From Acholeplasmataceae bacterium (GTDB taxonomy: Bacteria > Bacillota_I > Bacilli_A > Acholeplasmatales > Acholeplasmataceae): a stretch of DNA of 64,000 bases. The position numbers and the translations under genes are program-made. Under the pieces are notes generated by a model. The model was not told the origin of the DNA. It saw only the letters and a program-made list of their open reading frames with translations, and did no database searches. This document shows, one piece after another, positions 27,590 through 36,381 of the stretch (position 1 is the stretch's first letter; every line of letters begins with the position of its first letter). The stretch spans positions 1,248,001-1,312,000 of the forward strand of contig OY775910.1 in assembly GCA_963675245.1 (NCBI GenBank). Reading direction: 5' to 3'.

Positions 27590-29379
27590 TGATGTATGCA
27601 GGAAAAGTCGGTCGAGGTCGTAATGACGGGACTCAAAAAGCAAGACATACAAAACGTGTTTTAAAACGTTTATGGGATTATCTATATTTTAATAAACCGA
27701 AATTTGTACTCGCTTTGTTCTTAACTGTCGTTGCAAACGCGTTATCTTTAGTCGGTCCTTATTTAACTGGACGTGCAATTGACGCGATGGTTAGACCTGT
27801 TAACTTTCAACTCGTCATGATTTATGCTGGATTGATGATTGGTTTTTATATTGTTGCTGCTATTTTAAATTACATATTATCAATTACAATGGTTCGCATA
27901 TCACAACGTGTTGTATATCAGATGAGAAAAGACGTATTTGCTAAATTAAACCGTGTAAAAATTTCTTATTTTGATTCTCAATTAACCGGCGATATCATTT
28001 CTAAAATGAGTTATGATATTGACACAATTAATACATCTCTTGCAACTGATGTAATGAATATTTTAACGAGTATTGTCACGATTGTTATATCGTTTGTTAT
28101 GATGCTTATTATGAGTCCTATTTTATGCTTAGTCTTTGTGATTACGATTCCAATTTCCATATTAATTACGAGAACCTTATCTAAGATTATTAAACGTAAG
28201 TATCGCACAAGAAATAAAAAACTTGGTGAGTTAAACGGGTATGCTGAAGAAATGATTACAGGTCAAAGAACGATCCAATCATATGTTCAAGAAGAAACTG
28301 TATTAGCACGTTTTGATGACATTAATAACGAAGCGTCAGAAGCTTCATATGAAGCAGGTTATTATGGAACGACAGTTGGACCTTCGATTAATTTTGTTTC
28401 TAATTTATCTGTCGCTTTGGTAGGTGTTTTTGGTGGTATTTTATATGCAGCAGTATTGCCATTTACGATTACAATTGGTCAACTCACGTCATTCACACTT
28501 TATTCAAGGCGATTTTCTGGACCGATTAATCGCATGAGTAGCATTGTTGCAGATATTCAAAGTGCACTTGCTGCGGCAGAAAGAGTATTCGGTGTGTTAG
28601 ATGAACCAGAAGAAGTTGAAGATTTAAATGAAGCAAACACGTTATCTAATGTTTCTGGTCATATCGCTTTTGAAAATGTATCATTTGGTTATGATGAACA
28701 TATGCCAGTTCTACATCATGTCAATTTAGAGGCTAAACCTGGACAAATTGTTGCGATAGTTGGACCGACTGGTGCAGGAAAGACTACCCTAGTGAACTTG
28801 ATTATGCGTTTCTATGAAATCAATGAAGGTAAAATCTTATTAGATGATATTGATACGAAATTAATCAAAAGAAAAGACCTTAGAAAAGCATTTTCGATGG
28901 TTTTACAAGATACGTGGGTATTTCACGGATCAATTCATGAAAACATTGCTTATGGAAATGGCGATGTCAGTAGATTAGAAGTAGAAGAAACTGCTAAAAA
29001 AGCACATATTCACTCATTCATCACACACTTGTCAGATGGTTATGATACGATCTTAACAGATGAAGGTTTGAATATCTCAAAGGGTCAAAAACAATTGCTT
29101 GTCATCGCTAGAGCGATGCTATCAAAAACAAAAATGCTGATTTTAGATGAAGCAACTTCTAATGTTGATACCCATACTGAAATACAAATACAACACGCGA
29201 TGCTTCACTTGATGCAAGGCAAAACAACGTTCGTGATTGCACACCGTCTTTCAACCATTCAACATGCAGATCTTATATTAGTTGTGAAGGATGGAAACGT
29301 TATTGAGCAAGGAAAACATGATGCATTATTGAAAAAGAAAGGGTATTATTATACACTTTATCAGTCACAATTTGCCTGA
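27589..29379 (+). CDS. heterodimeric ABC exporter, subunit 2 (TMD+NBD)
   Basis: GPTGAGKT, ISKGQKQ, LDEATS, IAHRL; 1 bp overlap with subunit 1. Confidence 0.92.
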   Translation: MMYAGKVGRGRNDGTQKARHTKRVLKRLWDYLYFNKPKFVLALFLTVVANALSLVGPYLTGRAIDAMVRPVNFQLVMIYAGLMIGFYIVAAILNYILSITMVRISQRVVYQMRKDVFAKLNRVKISYFDSQLTGDIISKMSYDIDTINTSLATDVMNILTSIVTIVISFVMMLIMSPILCLVFVITIPISILITRTLSKIIKRKYRTRNKKLGELNGYAEEMITGQRTIQSYVQEETVLARFDDINNEASEASYEAGYYGTTVGPSINFVSNLSVALVGVFGGILYAAVLPFTITIGQLTSFTLYSRRFSGPINRMSSIVADIQSALAAAERVFGVLDEPEEVEDLNEANTLSNVSGHIAFENVSFGYDEHMPVLHHVNLEAKPGQIVAIVGPTGAGKTTLVNLIMRFYEINEGKILLDDIDTKLIKRKDLRKAFSMVLQDTWVFHGSIHENIAYGNGDVSRLEVEETAKKAHIHSFITHLSDGYDTILTDEGLNISKGQKQLLVIARAMLSKTKMLILDEATSNVDTHTEIQIQHAMLHLMQGKTTFVIAHRLSTIQHADLILVVKDGNVIEQGKHDALLKKKGYYYTLYQSQFA

Positions 29380-29400
29380 CATAATTATTTTGTAACGACC

Positions 29401-29429
29401 TTGTAATTGCTTTGTAAACCGTGTATAAT
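29401..29429 (+). promoter_or_regulatory. sigma-A-like promoter of csp
   Basis: TTGTAA-17 bp-TATAAT. Confidence 0.6.
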
Positions 29430-29478
29430 GTGAATAGGTGTTGAAAATCACCTAGAAATAAATAAAGGAGTAACATAA

Positions 29479-29676
29479 ATGAAGGGCGTAGTAAAATGGT
29501 TTGACGCTGATAAGGGATATGGCTTTATCTCTACAGAAGAAAACAAAGACATCTTTGTGCACTTTAGTGCAATTCAAAGCGAAGGCTACAAGACGTTAGC
29601 AGAAGGTGACCAAGTAGAATTTGAAGTTAAAGACGGCGATCGCGGACCACAAGCCGCAAGTGTTGTTAAATTATAA
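29479..29676 (+). CDS. cold-shock protein
   Basis: KGVVKWF, KGYGFI (RNP1), IFVHFSAI (RNP2), RGPQA. Confidence 0.96.
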   Translation: MKGVVKWFDADKGYGFISTEENKDIFVHFSAIQSEGYKTLAEGDQVEFEVKDGDRGPQAASVVKL

Positions 29677-29700
29677 TTAATAATTTTAACTGGTAACTAC

Positions 29701-29730
29701 ACAAGGACTCAAACGTGAGTCCTTGTTTTC
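29701..29730 (+). terminator. terminator after csp
   Basis: ACAAGGACTC-AAACGT-GAGTCCTTGT plus T-run. Confidence 0.75.
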
Positions 29731-29803
29731 TTTTTAGCTATGCAAATTTAATGAAAGACTTTATGAAAAAGATTATAATAGAAATATAGAAGAGGTGATG
29801 AAG

Positions 29804-30217
29804 ATGAAGGAGATTTTAAAAAGAACTGTCACCGCAGTAGGTGGTAGAGATGGCATCGTCAAAGATACAGTAAGTGGCGACACTTACACATTAAGAAAAC
29901 CAGTTGAAATGGGTGGCGAAGCTAATCAAAAAGGTACCGATCCTGAAGAATTATTTGCAGCTGGCTATGCATCATGCTTAGCAAGTTCAATTGAATATCT
30001 ATTATCTGCGAGTGGTACTTCTTATGATGAAGTAACAGTAGAAGTGGCAAACCATTTAATCATGGTTCCAAATAAAGGTTTCCATTTTAAATTAACTGTG
30101 AAGACAAGAATTACAGGTGTTTCACCAGAAGTTGAAACAGCTTTTAGAGATAAAGGTCAAGCATTCTGTCCGTTTTCAAGATCAATTCATGGAAATGTTG
30201 AGATTGAAAACATCTAA
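29804..30217 (+). CDS. ohr: Ohr/OsmC-family peroxiredoxin
   Basis: GGRDG, PVEMGG, TDPEELFAAGYASC, CPFSR. Confidence 0.88.
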   Translation: MKEILKRTVTAVGGRDGIVKDTVSGDTYTLRKPVEMGGEANQKGTDPEELFAAGYASCLASSIEYLLSASGTSYDEVTVEVANHLIMVPNKGFHFKLTVKTRITGVSPEVETAFRDKGQAFCPFSRSIHGNVEIENI

Positions 30218-30220
30218 TTA

Positions 30221-30247
30221 AAAGAGGGTAATACCCTCTTTTTTTTA
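30221..30247 (+). terminator. terminator after ohr
   Basis: AAAGAGGG-TAATA-CCCTCTTT plus T-run. Confidence 0.75.
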
Positions 30248-30304
30248 TACATTTTCGGTTGTTAGTGATAGCGCTTTTATGCTATAATAAAGAAAAGGTG
30301 GTAG

Positions 30305-31039
30305 GTGGATAATATGGATAAAGAACTCTTAGAGGTTTTACGCACAAATGCGAACAATGTATTTCGTGAAGTTGATCGAGAAAGAATTGATGAAATTGAT
30401 GAAAAATTCGCGATTGAGTATACATATGATGCATTAGGAATGTGCAAAAATAAAGCAACACTAGAAGATGTAAAAAATTTGAATGATACGAATGATTTAC
30501 CGGATTTTAGTGAAAGAGAGCAAAAGGAAATTATCAATCATATTGATGCTTATCGATATGTTCAACACATGTATTTTAATCATATTGACATGACAGAAGA
30601 ACATTTAAAAGATATCCATGAACGGCTTGTTTCAGGCATTTTTCAAGGTGGCGTATATAGAAATGTGAATATTTCAATCTTTGGTGCAGCACATCAACCG
30701 CCCGATCATGTGAAGGTTTATGACCGTATGTCTAAGTTCTTTAAAACATTAGATGAGTTTGATGGGACACCCTTAGAAAAAGCGATATATGCACATGCGA
30801 GTATTGCTAAAATACATCCATTTGTGGATGCAAATGGTAGACTAGCAAAACTCGTATTAAATTATTTCTTGATGGTTGCTAATTACCTTACAGTTTCTAT
30901 TCCAAGAGATCAGTTTGATACATATATTAGATGCCTCGAAATATTTAAAGTTGAAAAGGATTTAACACCTTTAGTTTCATTCTTTGAAGAACTGTTAATT
31001 AAACGTTATGAAAGCGTTTTGAAAGAACTTGATGTATGA
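30305..31039 (+). CDS. Fic-family protein with variant active site
   Basis: IHPFVDANGRLAK, GVYRNVNISI flap. Confidence 0.88.
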   Translation: MDNMDKELLEVLRTNANNVFREVDRERIDEIDEKFAIEYTYDALGMCKNKATLEDVKNLNDTNDLPDFSEREQKEIINHIDAYRYVQHMYFNHIDMTEEHLKDIHERLVSGIFQGGVYRNVNISIFGAAHQPPDHVKVYDRMSKFFKTLDEFDGTPLEKAIYAHASIAKIHPFVDANGRLAKLVLNYFLMVANYLTVSIPRDQFDTYIRCLEIFKVEKDLTPLVSFFEELLIKRYESVLKELDV

Positions 31040-31113
31040 GAGTGCGTTAGCACTCTTTTTTTGATTGATGAAACAATTGATTAAAAAAGTGATATAATAG
31101 AAAGGGTGATATT

Positions 31114-31944
31114 ATGCTTTTGACAGGAACAATAAATCGGCTAGTCGTAGACCGTAAAACCGATATTGGCTACATGTTAACACACAACGATGATTCGGTT
31201 TTTCTTCATTTTAATGAGTCTCTAAAAAAAGAACTTACTAGCGGCGATATTGTCGATGCCTTTATCTATATTGATGGTAAAGGTCGCCAAGCAGCTACGC
31301 TTAAATTACCAAAAATCACAATTAAAGAACCTGCTTGTTTAACTGTTAGCAGTGTTTTACCTCAATTAGGTGTTTTTATTGATATTGGTATATCAAAAGA
31401 TATTTTGCTTTCTATTGATGATTTACCTGAGGATACGCAGCTATGGCCTATCGCTGGTGATTCGTTATGGGTATCTTTGAAAGTTAAAGGTAAAATGGTT
31501 GCTAAACTAGTCACGAAAAACGATATTGATTCAACTGAATCTTTGGTATTGAAACAACATGTCAATGCGATTATTCAAAAAATTGGACCAGAAGGATTGA
31601 ACGCATTAACAGATCAAGGTGTATGGATATTTATACATAAATCGATGTTTAAAGGACATTATCGATTAGGACAACTGGTGGATGTGGTTGTTACATTCCA
31701 ATCTGATCGTGGTTATTCAGGATCATTGTTGCAACAAAAAGAAGAGGTCATGGATGAAGATGCCATGATGATCTTAAAAGTTTTAGAAAAAACTGGAGAG
31801 ATTCCACTAGATAGTGATTCCTCTCCAGAAGATATATATGCAAGATTTGGTTTATCTAAAAAGGCGTTTAAACGTGCCATAGGTAGACTATATAAAGAAC
31901 GGAAAGTTGAGTTTGTTGAAGGTAAAACTATTTACAGGGGGTAA
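31114..31944 (+). CDS. cvfB: S1-domain RNA-binding protein CvfB/YitL
   Basis: FIYIDGKGR..AT, GVFIDIG, DSSPEDI..FGLSKKAFKRAIGRLYKE winged helix. Confidence 0.88.
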   Translation: MLLTGTINRLVVDRKTDIGYMLTHNDDSVFLHFNESLKKELTSGDIVDAFIYIDGKGRQAATLKLPKITIKEPACLTVSSVLPQLGVFIDIGISKDILLSIDDLPEDTQLWPIAGDSLWVSLKVKGKMVAKLVTKNDIDSTESLVLKQHVNAIIQKIGPEGLNALTDQGVWIFIHKSMFKGHYRLGQLVDVVVTFQSDRGYSGSLLQQKEEVMDEDAMMILKVLEKTGEIPLDSDSSPEDIYARFGLSKKAFKRAIGRLYKERKVEFVEGKTIYRG

Positions 31945-31946
31945 AT

Positions 31947-32097
31947 ATGAACGACTCAAAGCAAGAGAAGAACTATTCAGATCTAGAAAACTATTTGAAA
32001 GATTTAGAAAAAAGAATGAATGTCAGTATATGTACCATATATTGGTATAGTCATGCTAATGATTGCATTCATTCTTATAATTAAGGCGCCAAAATAA
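31947..32097 (+). pseudogene. probable frameshifted/deleted small membrane protein gene
   Basis: ATG frame MNDSKQEKNYSDLENYLKDLEKR... stops at 32084. A second frame encodes YVPYIGIVMLMIAFILIIKAPK* ending 32097. Both halves resemble the neighbouring small proteins. Confidence 0.5.
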
Positions 32098-32117
32098 AGT
32101 AAAAAAAGGATATATTT

Positions 32118-32480
32118 ATGAAAGATTCTTACGATAAGGATCCATTTGCAGAATATGATAAATATTGGGATGATCTTGATAAAAAAGAAGAACTGAGTAA
32201 TCGGAAACGTAAGAAAGATTTCCACTTCAAGCAAACACCATCTCAGACGAATCGTCATGAAAATGATATTAATAAAAAAGCAGTTAGTATTTTTATAGGT
32301 GTGTTTTTTCTATTTATGTTTGGGAGTGTTTTAATTCCTATCATCATTAATTTTACATCATCACCATTTGATTCGTATCCAGGTATGGGGATGAATATTT
32401 CTGTATTTGCACCTTTCTTTGGTTTTATCTTTTTTATCATGATTATTGGCTTTATCATCAAGGCATCAAAAAAAGATTAA
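32118..32480 (+). CDS. small two-TM membrane protein (paralogue 1)
   Basis: MKDSYDKDPFAEYDKYWDDLDKKE N-terminus, two hydrophobic helices, basic tail; AAGGA RBS. Confidence 0.8.
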   Translation: MKDSYDKDPFAEYDKYWDDLDKKEELSNRKRKKDFHFKQTPSQTNRHENDINKKAVSIFIGVFFLFMFGSVLIPIIINFTSSPFDSYPGMGMNISVFAPFFGFIFFIMIIGFIIKASKKD

Positions 32481-32491
32481 AGGAATAGTCT

Positions 32492-32755
32492 ATGAAAGAT
32501 GAAGATAAAAAAAGTGATTCACATGAGCATTATATAAGGGCTGGATTAAGTAAGAGTACTAAGTTCATTATTGGTATGTGTGTTATCATCGTTATCGTGT
32601 ATATTGCATTACCCATTATTTTAAATGCCGTCTATGGTAATTTCTTTCCTCTTATTAGAGGGATAACCCTAATATTCGCACTTGCAGGTCCAACACTATT
32701 TTTAATATTTATAGTTGTGATGATTGTGAACGCCATCAAAAAAATCAGGAAATAA
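32492..32755 (+). CDS. small two-TM membrane protein
   Basis: MKDEDKK charged start, two hydrophobic helices, basic tail; AAGGA RBS. Confidence 0.7.
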   Translation: MKDEDKKSDSHEHYIRAGLSKSTKFIIGMCVIIVIVYIALPIILNAVYGNFFPLIRGITLIFALAGPTLFLIFIVVMIVNAIKKIRK

Positions 32756-32929
32756 GAATTTTAATCTATAAAAAAACAACATATTTGATGCGTATGAATT
32801 ATAAAAAAAAGTAAAAAAGTAAACAAAATTTGATGTATTAAAATAATATATATAAATAGAAGCGCTATCATAGAAGCTTTTATTGATAAACCTGATTAAT
32901 TATGTCAATTGTGTTATGAAAAAAATCAT

Positions 32930-32958
32930 TTGACAAACACCCTAATCGTGAGTATAAC
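32930..32958 (+). promoter_or_regulatory. near-consensus sigma-A promoter
   Basis: TTGACA(32930)-17 bp-TATAAC(32953). Confidence 0.7.
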
Positions 32959-32965
32959 ATGTATT

Positions 32966-33188
32966 GGGGCATTAAAACATAACTGAGTATTTAGAACAAA
33001 TCATGAGTTAGCAGAAATGATTCATCTTATTGAAATGTGGTCCTACGATATATCATTACTAGTCTTGTTATTTCGATATGTTTAGGTATATTTACAGATA
33101 TTGAATTTTACTCGTCTGTTCGTGAAAACTATGTCTACCGTTGATTATAGGACAAATCACATTTAACCGTACTTATTATGTTTATAAT
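32966..33188 (+). ncRNA. candidate structured non-coding RNA (family unknown)
   Basis: Starts just after the promoter and has no long ORF. Nested long-range helices: 32971-32990/33169-33188 and 33033-33045/33148-33164, plus internal hairpins, with several G.U pairs on the + strand. Confidence 0.45.
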
Positions 33189-33228
33189 CATAAAAATTTT
33201 TAAAACAGATGATTAAATAGGAGTTGCC

Positions 33229-33543
33229 ATGAAAGATTCTTTTGATAAAGACCCATTTGCTGAATATGATAAATATTGGGATGATCTAGATAAACAAGAA
33301 GACAAGGTCAAAGAGAAAAATAAAAGGGATTATGCATTTAATGATGTTGAAGCTCCCGATAATCTTGATCGAACATCTACTGGCAAAAAAGCAGGCATTT
33401 CATTTGGTTTCATCGGTATTGGTTTAGCCTTCACTATGGCATATATATTCATCGATAGTTCAAATACAGTCTTCACACCAGTAATAGGCATCATTATTTT
33501 CGGTATTATTATGTCAGCAATTAATAAAAATAAAAACAGGTAA
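33229..33543 (+). CDS. small two-TM membrane protein (paralogue 2)
   Basis: MKDSFDKDPFAEYDKYWDDLDKQE N-terminus nearly identical to 32118; AGGAG RBS. Confidence 0.8.
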   Translation: MKDSFDKDPFAEYDKYWDDLDKQEDKVKEKNKRDYAFNDVEAPDNLDRTSTGKKAGISFGFIGIGLAFTMAYIFIDSSNTVFTPVIGIIIFGIIMSAINKNKNR

Positions 33544-33558
33544 TTTAGGTGATACAAC

Positions 33559-34992
33559 GTGGGAAAACAAAGTAAATTGGTTGAAAATATAACATCAAGA
33601 GATCAAAATTTTGCACAATGGTATACAGACCTATGTTTAAAAGCAGAGTTGATGGACTATTCAGATGTCAAAGGGTTCATTATTTATCGCCCATATGGCT
33701 ATGCAATTTGGGAAAATATTCAACGCTATTTAGACAAAGCATTTAAAAAGACAGGTCATGAAAATGTGTACATGCCTTTAGTGATTCCAGAATCATTGTT
33801 TCAAAAGGAAAAGGATCATGTTGAAGGATTTGCACCAGAAACAGCGATGATAACAACAACAGGTGTTGAAGATTTAACAGAACGTTTGATTATTAGACCT
33901 ACATCTGAAACATTATTCTGTACACATTATGCTAAAATCGTAAATTCTTATCGAGATCTCCCTAAAAAATATAATCAATGGTGTTCAGTCGTAAGATGGG
34001 AAAAGACGACTCGTCCTTTTTTGCGTGGTAAAGAATTTTTATGGCAAGAAGGACATACCGTTCATCAAACTGAACAAGAAGCAAGAGAAGAAACATTAGG
34101 CATGTTAGATATCTATGAGAAAATGGGTAAAGATCTTTTAGCAATTCCATTTGTTACAGGTAGAAAGACTGAAAAAGAAAAATTCGCTGGTGCCATTGAT
34201 ACATATTCAATTGAAGCATTGATGCATGATGGCCAAGCATTACAATCTGGGACAACCCATTATTTTGGTCAAGAATTCGCGAAAGCATTTGACATCACAT
34301 TTACAGATGATAAAAACGAACTTCAACATGTTTATCAAACATCTTGGGGTGTTTCAACACGTTTGATTGGTGCGGTTATTATGGTTCATGGTGATGATGA
34401 AGGACTAGTTTTACCACCATACGTTGCACCTATACAAATTGTTATTATTCCAATTCAAGATAAAAAAGAAGGCGTCATGGAACATGCAAATAACTTGTAT
34501 CAAGCATTAAATAATGCTGGATACCGTGTGTCACTTGATGATAGTAATAAATCACCAGGATGGAAATTTTCTGAAGCAGAAATGAAAGGTATCCCAGTGA
34601 GAATTGAAGTCGGTCCAAGAGATTTAAAAGAAGGTGTAGTCACATTGGTGACGCGTTATAATCGTGAAAAAGTACAAGTAGCAATCAATGATGTTGTAAC
34701 TAAGATACCACACATATTAAAAGATATTCATCACGCATTATATGATCGTGCTTTGGCACATGTTAAATCTCACACTTATGAAGCGAAAACATATGATCAA
34801 TTTAAAAATTACATTAAAGAAGGCGGATATGTCGCCATGTCAATTGCGGGTGAAGAAGCCGAATTAATGATTAAAAATGATACAACTGCTACAGCACGTG
34901 TGATTCCTTTTGATCAGAAAATGATTACGGAAACATGTCCTGTAACAGGTAAAAAAGCAACGCAAACCGTTTGGTTTGCACGTGCATATTAA
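33559..34992 (+). CDS. proS: proline--tRNA ligase (archaeal/eukaryote-like type)
   Basis: EKDHVEGFAPE, IRPTSET, QWCSVVRWE, FLRGKEFLWQEGHT, QTSWG, C-terminal FARAY. Confidence 0.96.
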   Translation: MGKQSKLVENITSRDQNFAQWYTDLCLKAELMDYSDVKGFIIYRPYGYAIWENIQRYLDKAFKKTGHENVYMPLVIPESLFQKEKDHVEGFAPETAMITTTGVEDLTERLIIRPTSETLFCTHYAKIVNSYRDLPKKYNQWCSVVRWEKTTRPFLRGKEFLWQEGHTVHQTEQEAREETLGMLDIYEKMGKDLLAIPFVTGRKTEKEKFAGAIDTYSIEALMHDGQALQSGTTHYFGQEFAKAFDITFTDDKNELQHVYQTSWGVSTRLIGAVIMVHGDDEGLVLPPYVAPIQIVIIPIQDKKEGVMEHANNLYQALNNAGYRVSLDDSNKSPGWKFSEAEMKGIPVRIEVGPRDLKEGVVTLVTRYNREKVQVAINDVVTKIPHILKDIHHALYDRALAHVKSHTYEAKTYDQFKNYIKEGGYVAMSIAGEEAELMIKNDTTATARVIPFDQKMITETCPVTGKKATQTVWFARAY

Positions 34993-35007
34993 AGAAGAGG
35001 TGATTTT

Positions 35008-35331
35008 ATGGCAGGCTCAACTATTGTAAGAGATGCAATCGTACTTGATAAAAAGGCACGTGAACAAATTGAAGAGTTAGAAAAAGAGCGTGGACAAATC
35101 GAAGACAAACTTCAAGCAGAAGCTATGTTAATAAAAAAGCAAAATGAAGTTGATATCAATAAAAAGTTGAAAGAAGTAAAAACAAGTTATCAACAAGAAA
35201 TCAAAGCACGCGAGAAGAAAGAACTAGATACGTATAATAAGACGCTTGAAATGATTGAAAAAGCATTTGAAGAAAATCAAGATGAATGGGTAGATGCTAT
35301 TTATAAAGCCAGTATTGACCCAAAGGAGTAA
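35008..35331 (+). CDS. V/A-type ATPase peripheral stalk subunit H/G-like
   Basis: Short charged coiled-coil protein at the head of the V-ATPase operon. Confidence 0.65.
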   Translation: MAGSTIVRDAIVLDKKAREQIEELEKERGQIEDKLQAEAMLIKKQNEVDINKKLKEVKTSYQQEIKAREKKELDTYNKTLEMIEKAFEENQDEWVDAIYKASIDPKE

Positions 35332-35335
35332 TTAG

Positions 35336-36370
35336 ATGAGCACTCAGGCAAATAATGCCATCGTCGCCAAAGCGAAAGCGATGTATGGTAACTTCTTGAA
35401 AACTGAAGATTATGAAGAATTGCTCAAGCAAAAAACAGTCAGTGATATCGCGGTTTTTCTAAAAAATCAACCAAATTATGCGGACATTCTGACCGATATT
35501 AAAGAAAAAACGATTCATAGAGGACATCTTGAATCTCTCATCAGAAAAAATACATTCAATCAAGTGATGCGATTAACAAGGCTTATTTTTTCAAAAGACC
35601 AAGATTTTTATGAATTGAGAATTGTCAATCAAGAGAATCAAATCATACTAGCTGTTTTAAGAACATTCATTTCAGATGAAGCAGATGAAAAGAGTGTCCT
35701 TCCCTATTTTTTCAATGAACATACGGACATTGACATGGATGTCTTGATTAAAGCAGAAACGTATGAGGATTTACTCAATGCTGTCAAAAAAACACCATAT
35801 TATGACATCTTAAAACCATTTCAAACGGATAATTTTGAGAATATTCGATATTTAGATATTGAATTTAATCTGGAAAAACATTACTATGAAGAATCATTTA
35901 AACGAATCGATAATAATTATTCTGGCAAGCTTAAAAAAGATTTAATGTCTGTTTTCCAAACAGCCATAGAACTAAAGAATATTACAAAGATTTATCGTTT
36001 AAAAAAATTCTATAATGCTGATCCAATTACCATAAAAAACGTATTGATTAAAGAACATTCAAGAATTTCTGATAGTAAAATTGATGAAATGATTGCACTA
36101 AAAGAACCTGATGATATTCTTAAGTATTTAGCAAAAAGTGAATATGCTAAATTCACAAGTGATCAAGATTACATTTATATTGAGTATTATGCGGGTCGTA
36201 TCAAATATGAATTAGCTAAAAAGTTTATGTATTTTTCACAAGAAGTACCATTAATTTATCAGTCATTTATTACCTTATCAGAAATTGAAGTTGAAAATAT
36301 TACAAATATCATTGAAGGAATTAGATATCAAGTTCACGAGAGTGAAATAAGACAAATGATAATTTATTAG
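35336..36370 (+). CDS. V/A-type ATPase subunit C
   Basis: AKAKAMYG, EVENITNIIEGIRY; size and operon position. Confidence 0.85.
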   Translation: MSTQANNAIVAKAKAMYGNFLKTEDYEELLKQKTVSDIAVFLKNQPNYADILTDIKEKTIHRGHLESLIRKNTFNQVMRLTRLIFSKDQDFYELRIVNQENQIILAVLRTFISDEADEKSVLPYFFNEHTDIDMDVLIKAETYEDLLNAVKKTPYYDILKPFQTDNFENIRYLDIEFNLEKHYYEESFKRIDNNYSGKLKKDLMSVFQTAIELKNITKIYRLKKFYNADPITIKNVLIKEHSRISDSKIDEMIALKEPDDILKYLAKSEYAKFTSDQDYIYIEYYAGRIKYELAKKFMYFSQEVPLIYQSFITLSEIEVENITNIIEGIRYQVHESEIRQMIIY

Positions 36371-36381
36371 GAGTGTAGCAT

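Noticed and set aside
31038..31062. TTAGCACTC as a CIRCE element (also TTTGCACTC near 50013)
   Set aside because: Only half-sites; the 31038 copy is the stem of a terminator.
32966..33228. T-box leader for proS, SRP RNA or tmRNA
   Set aside because: No GGTGGnACC T-box or terminator, no SRP GNRA/CAGG-AGCAG helix and no tRNA-like ends; an ORF also intervenes before proS.
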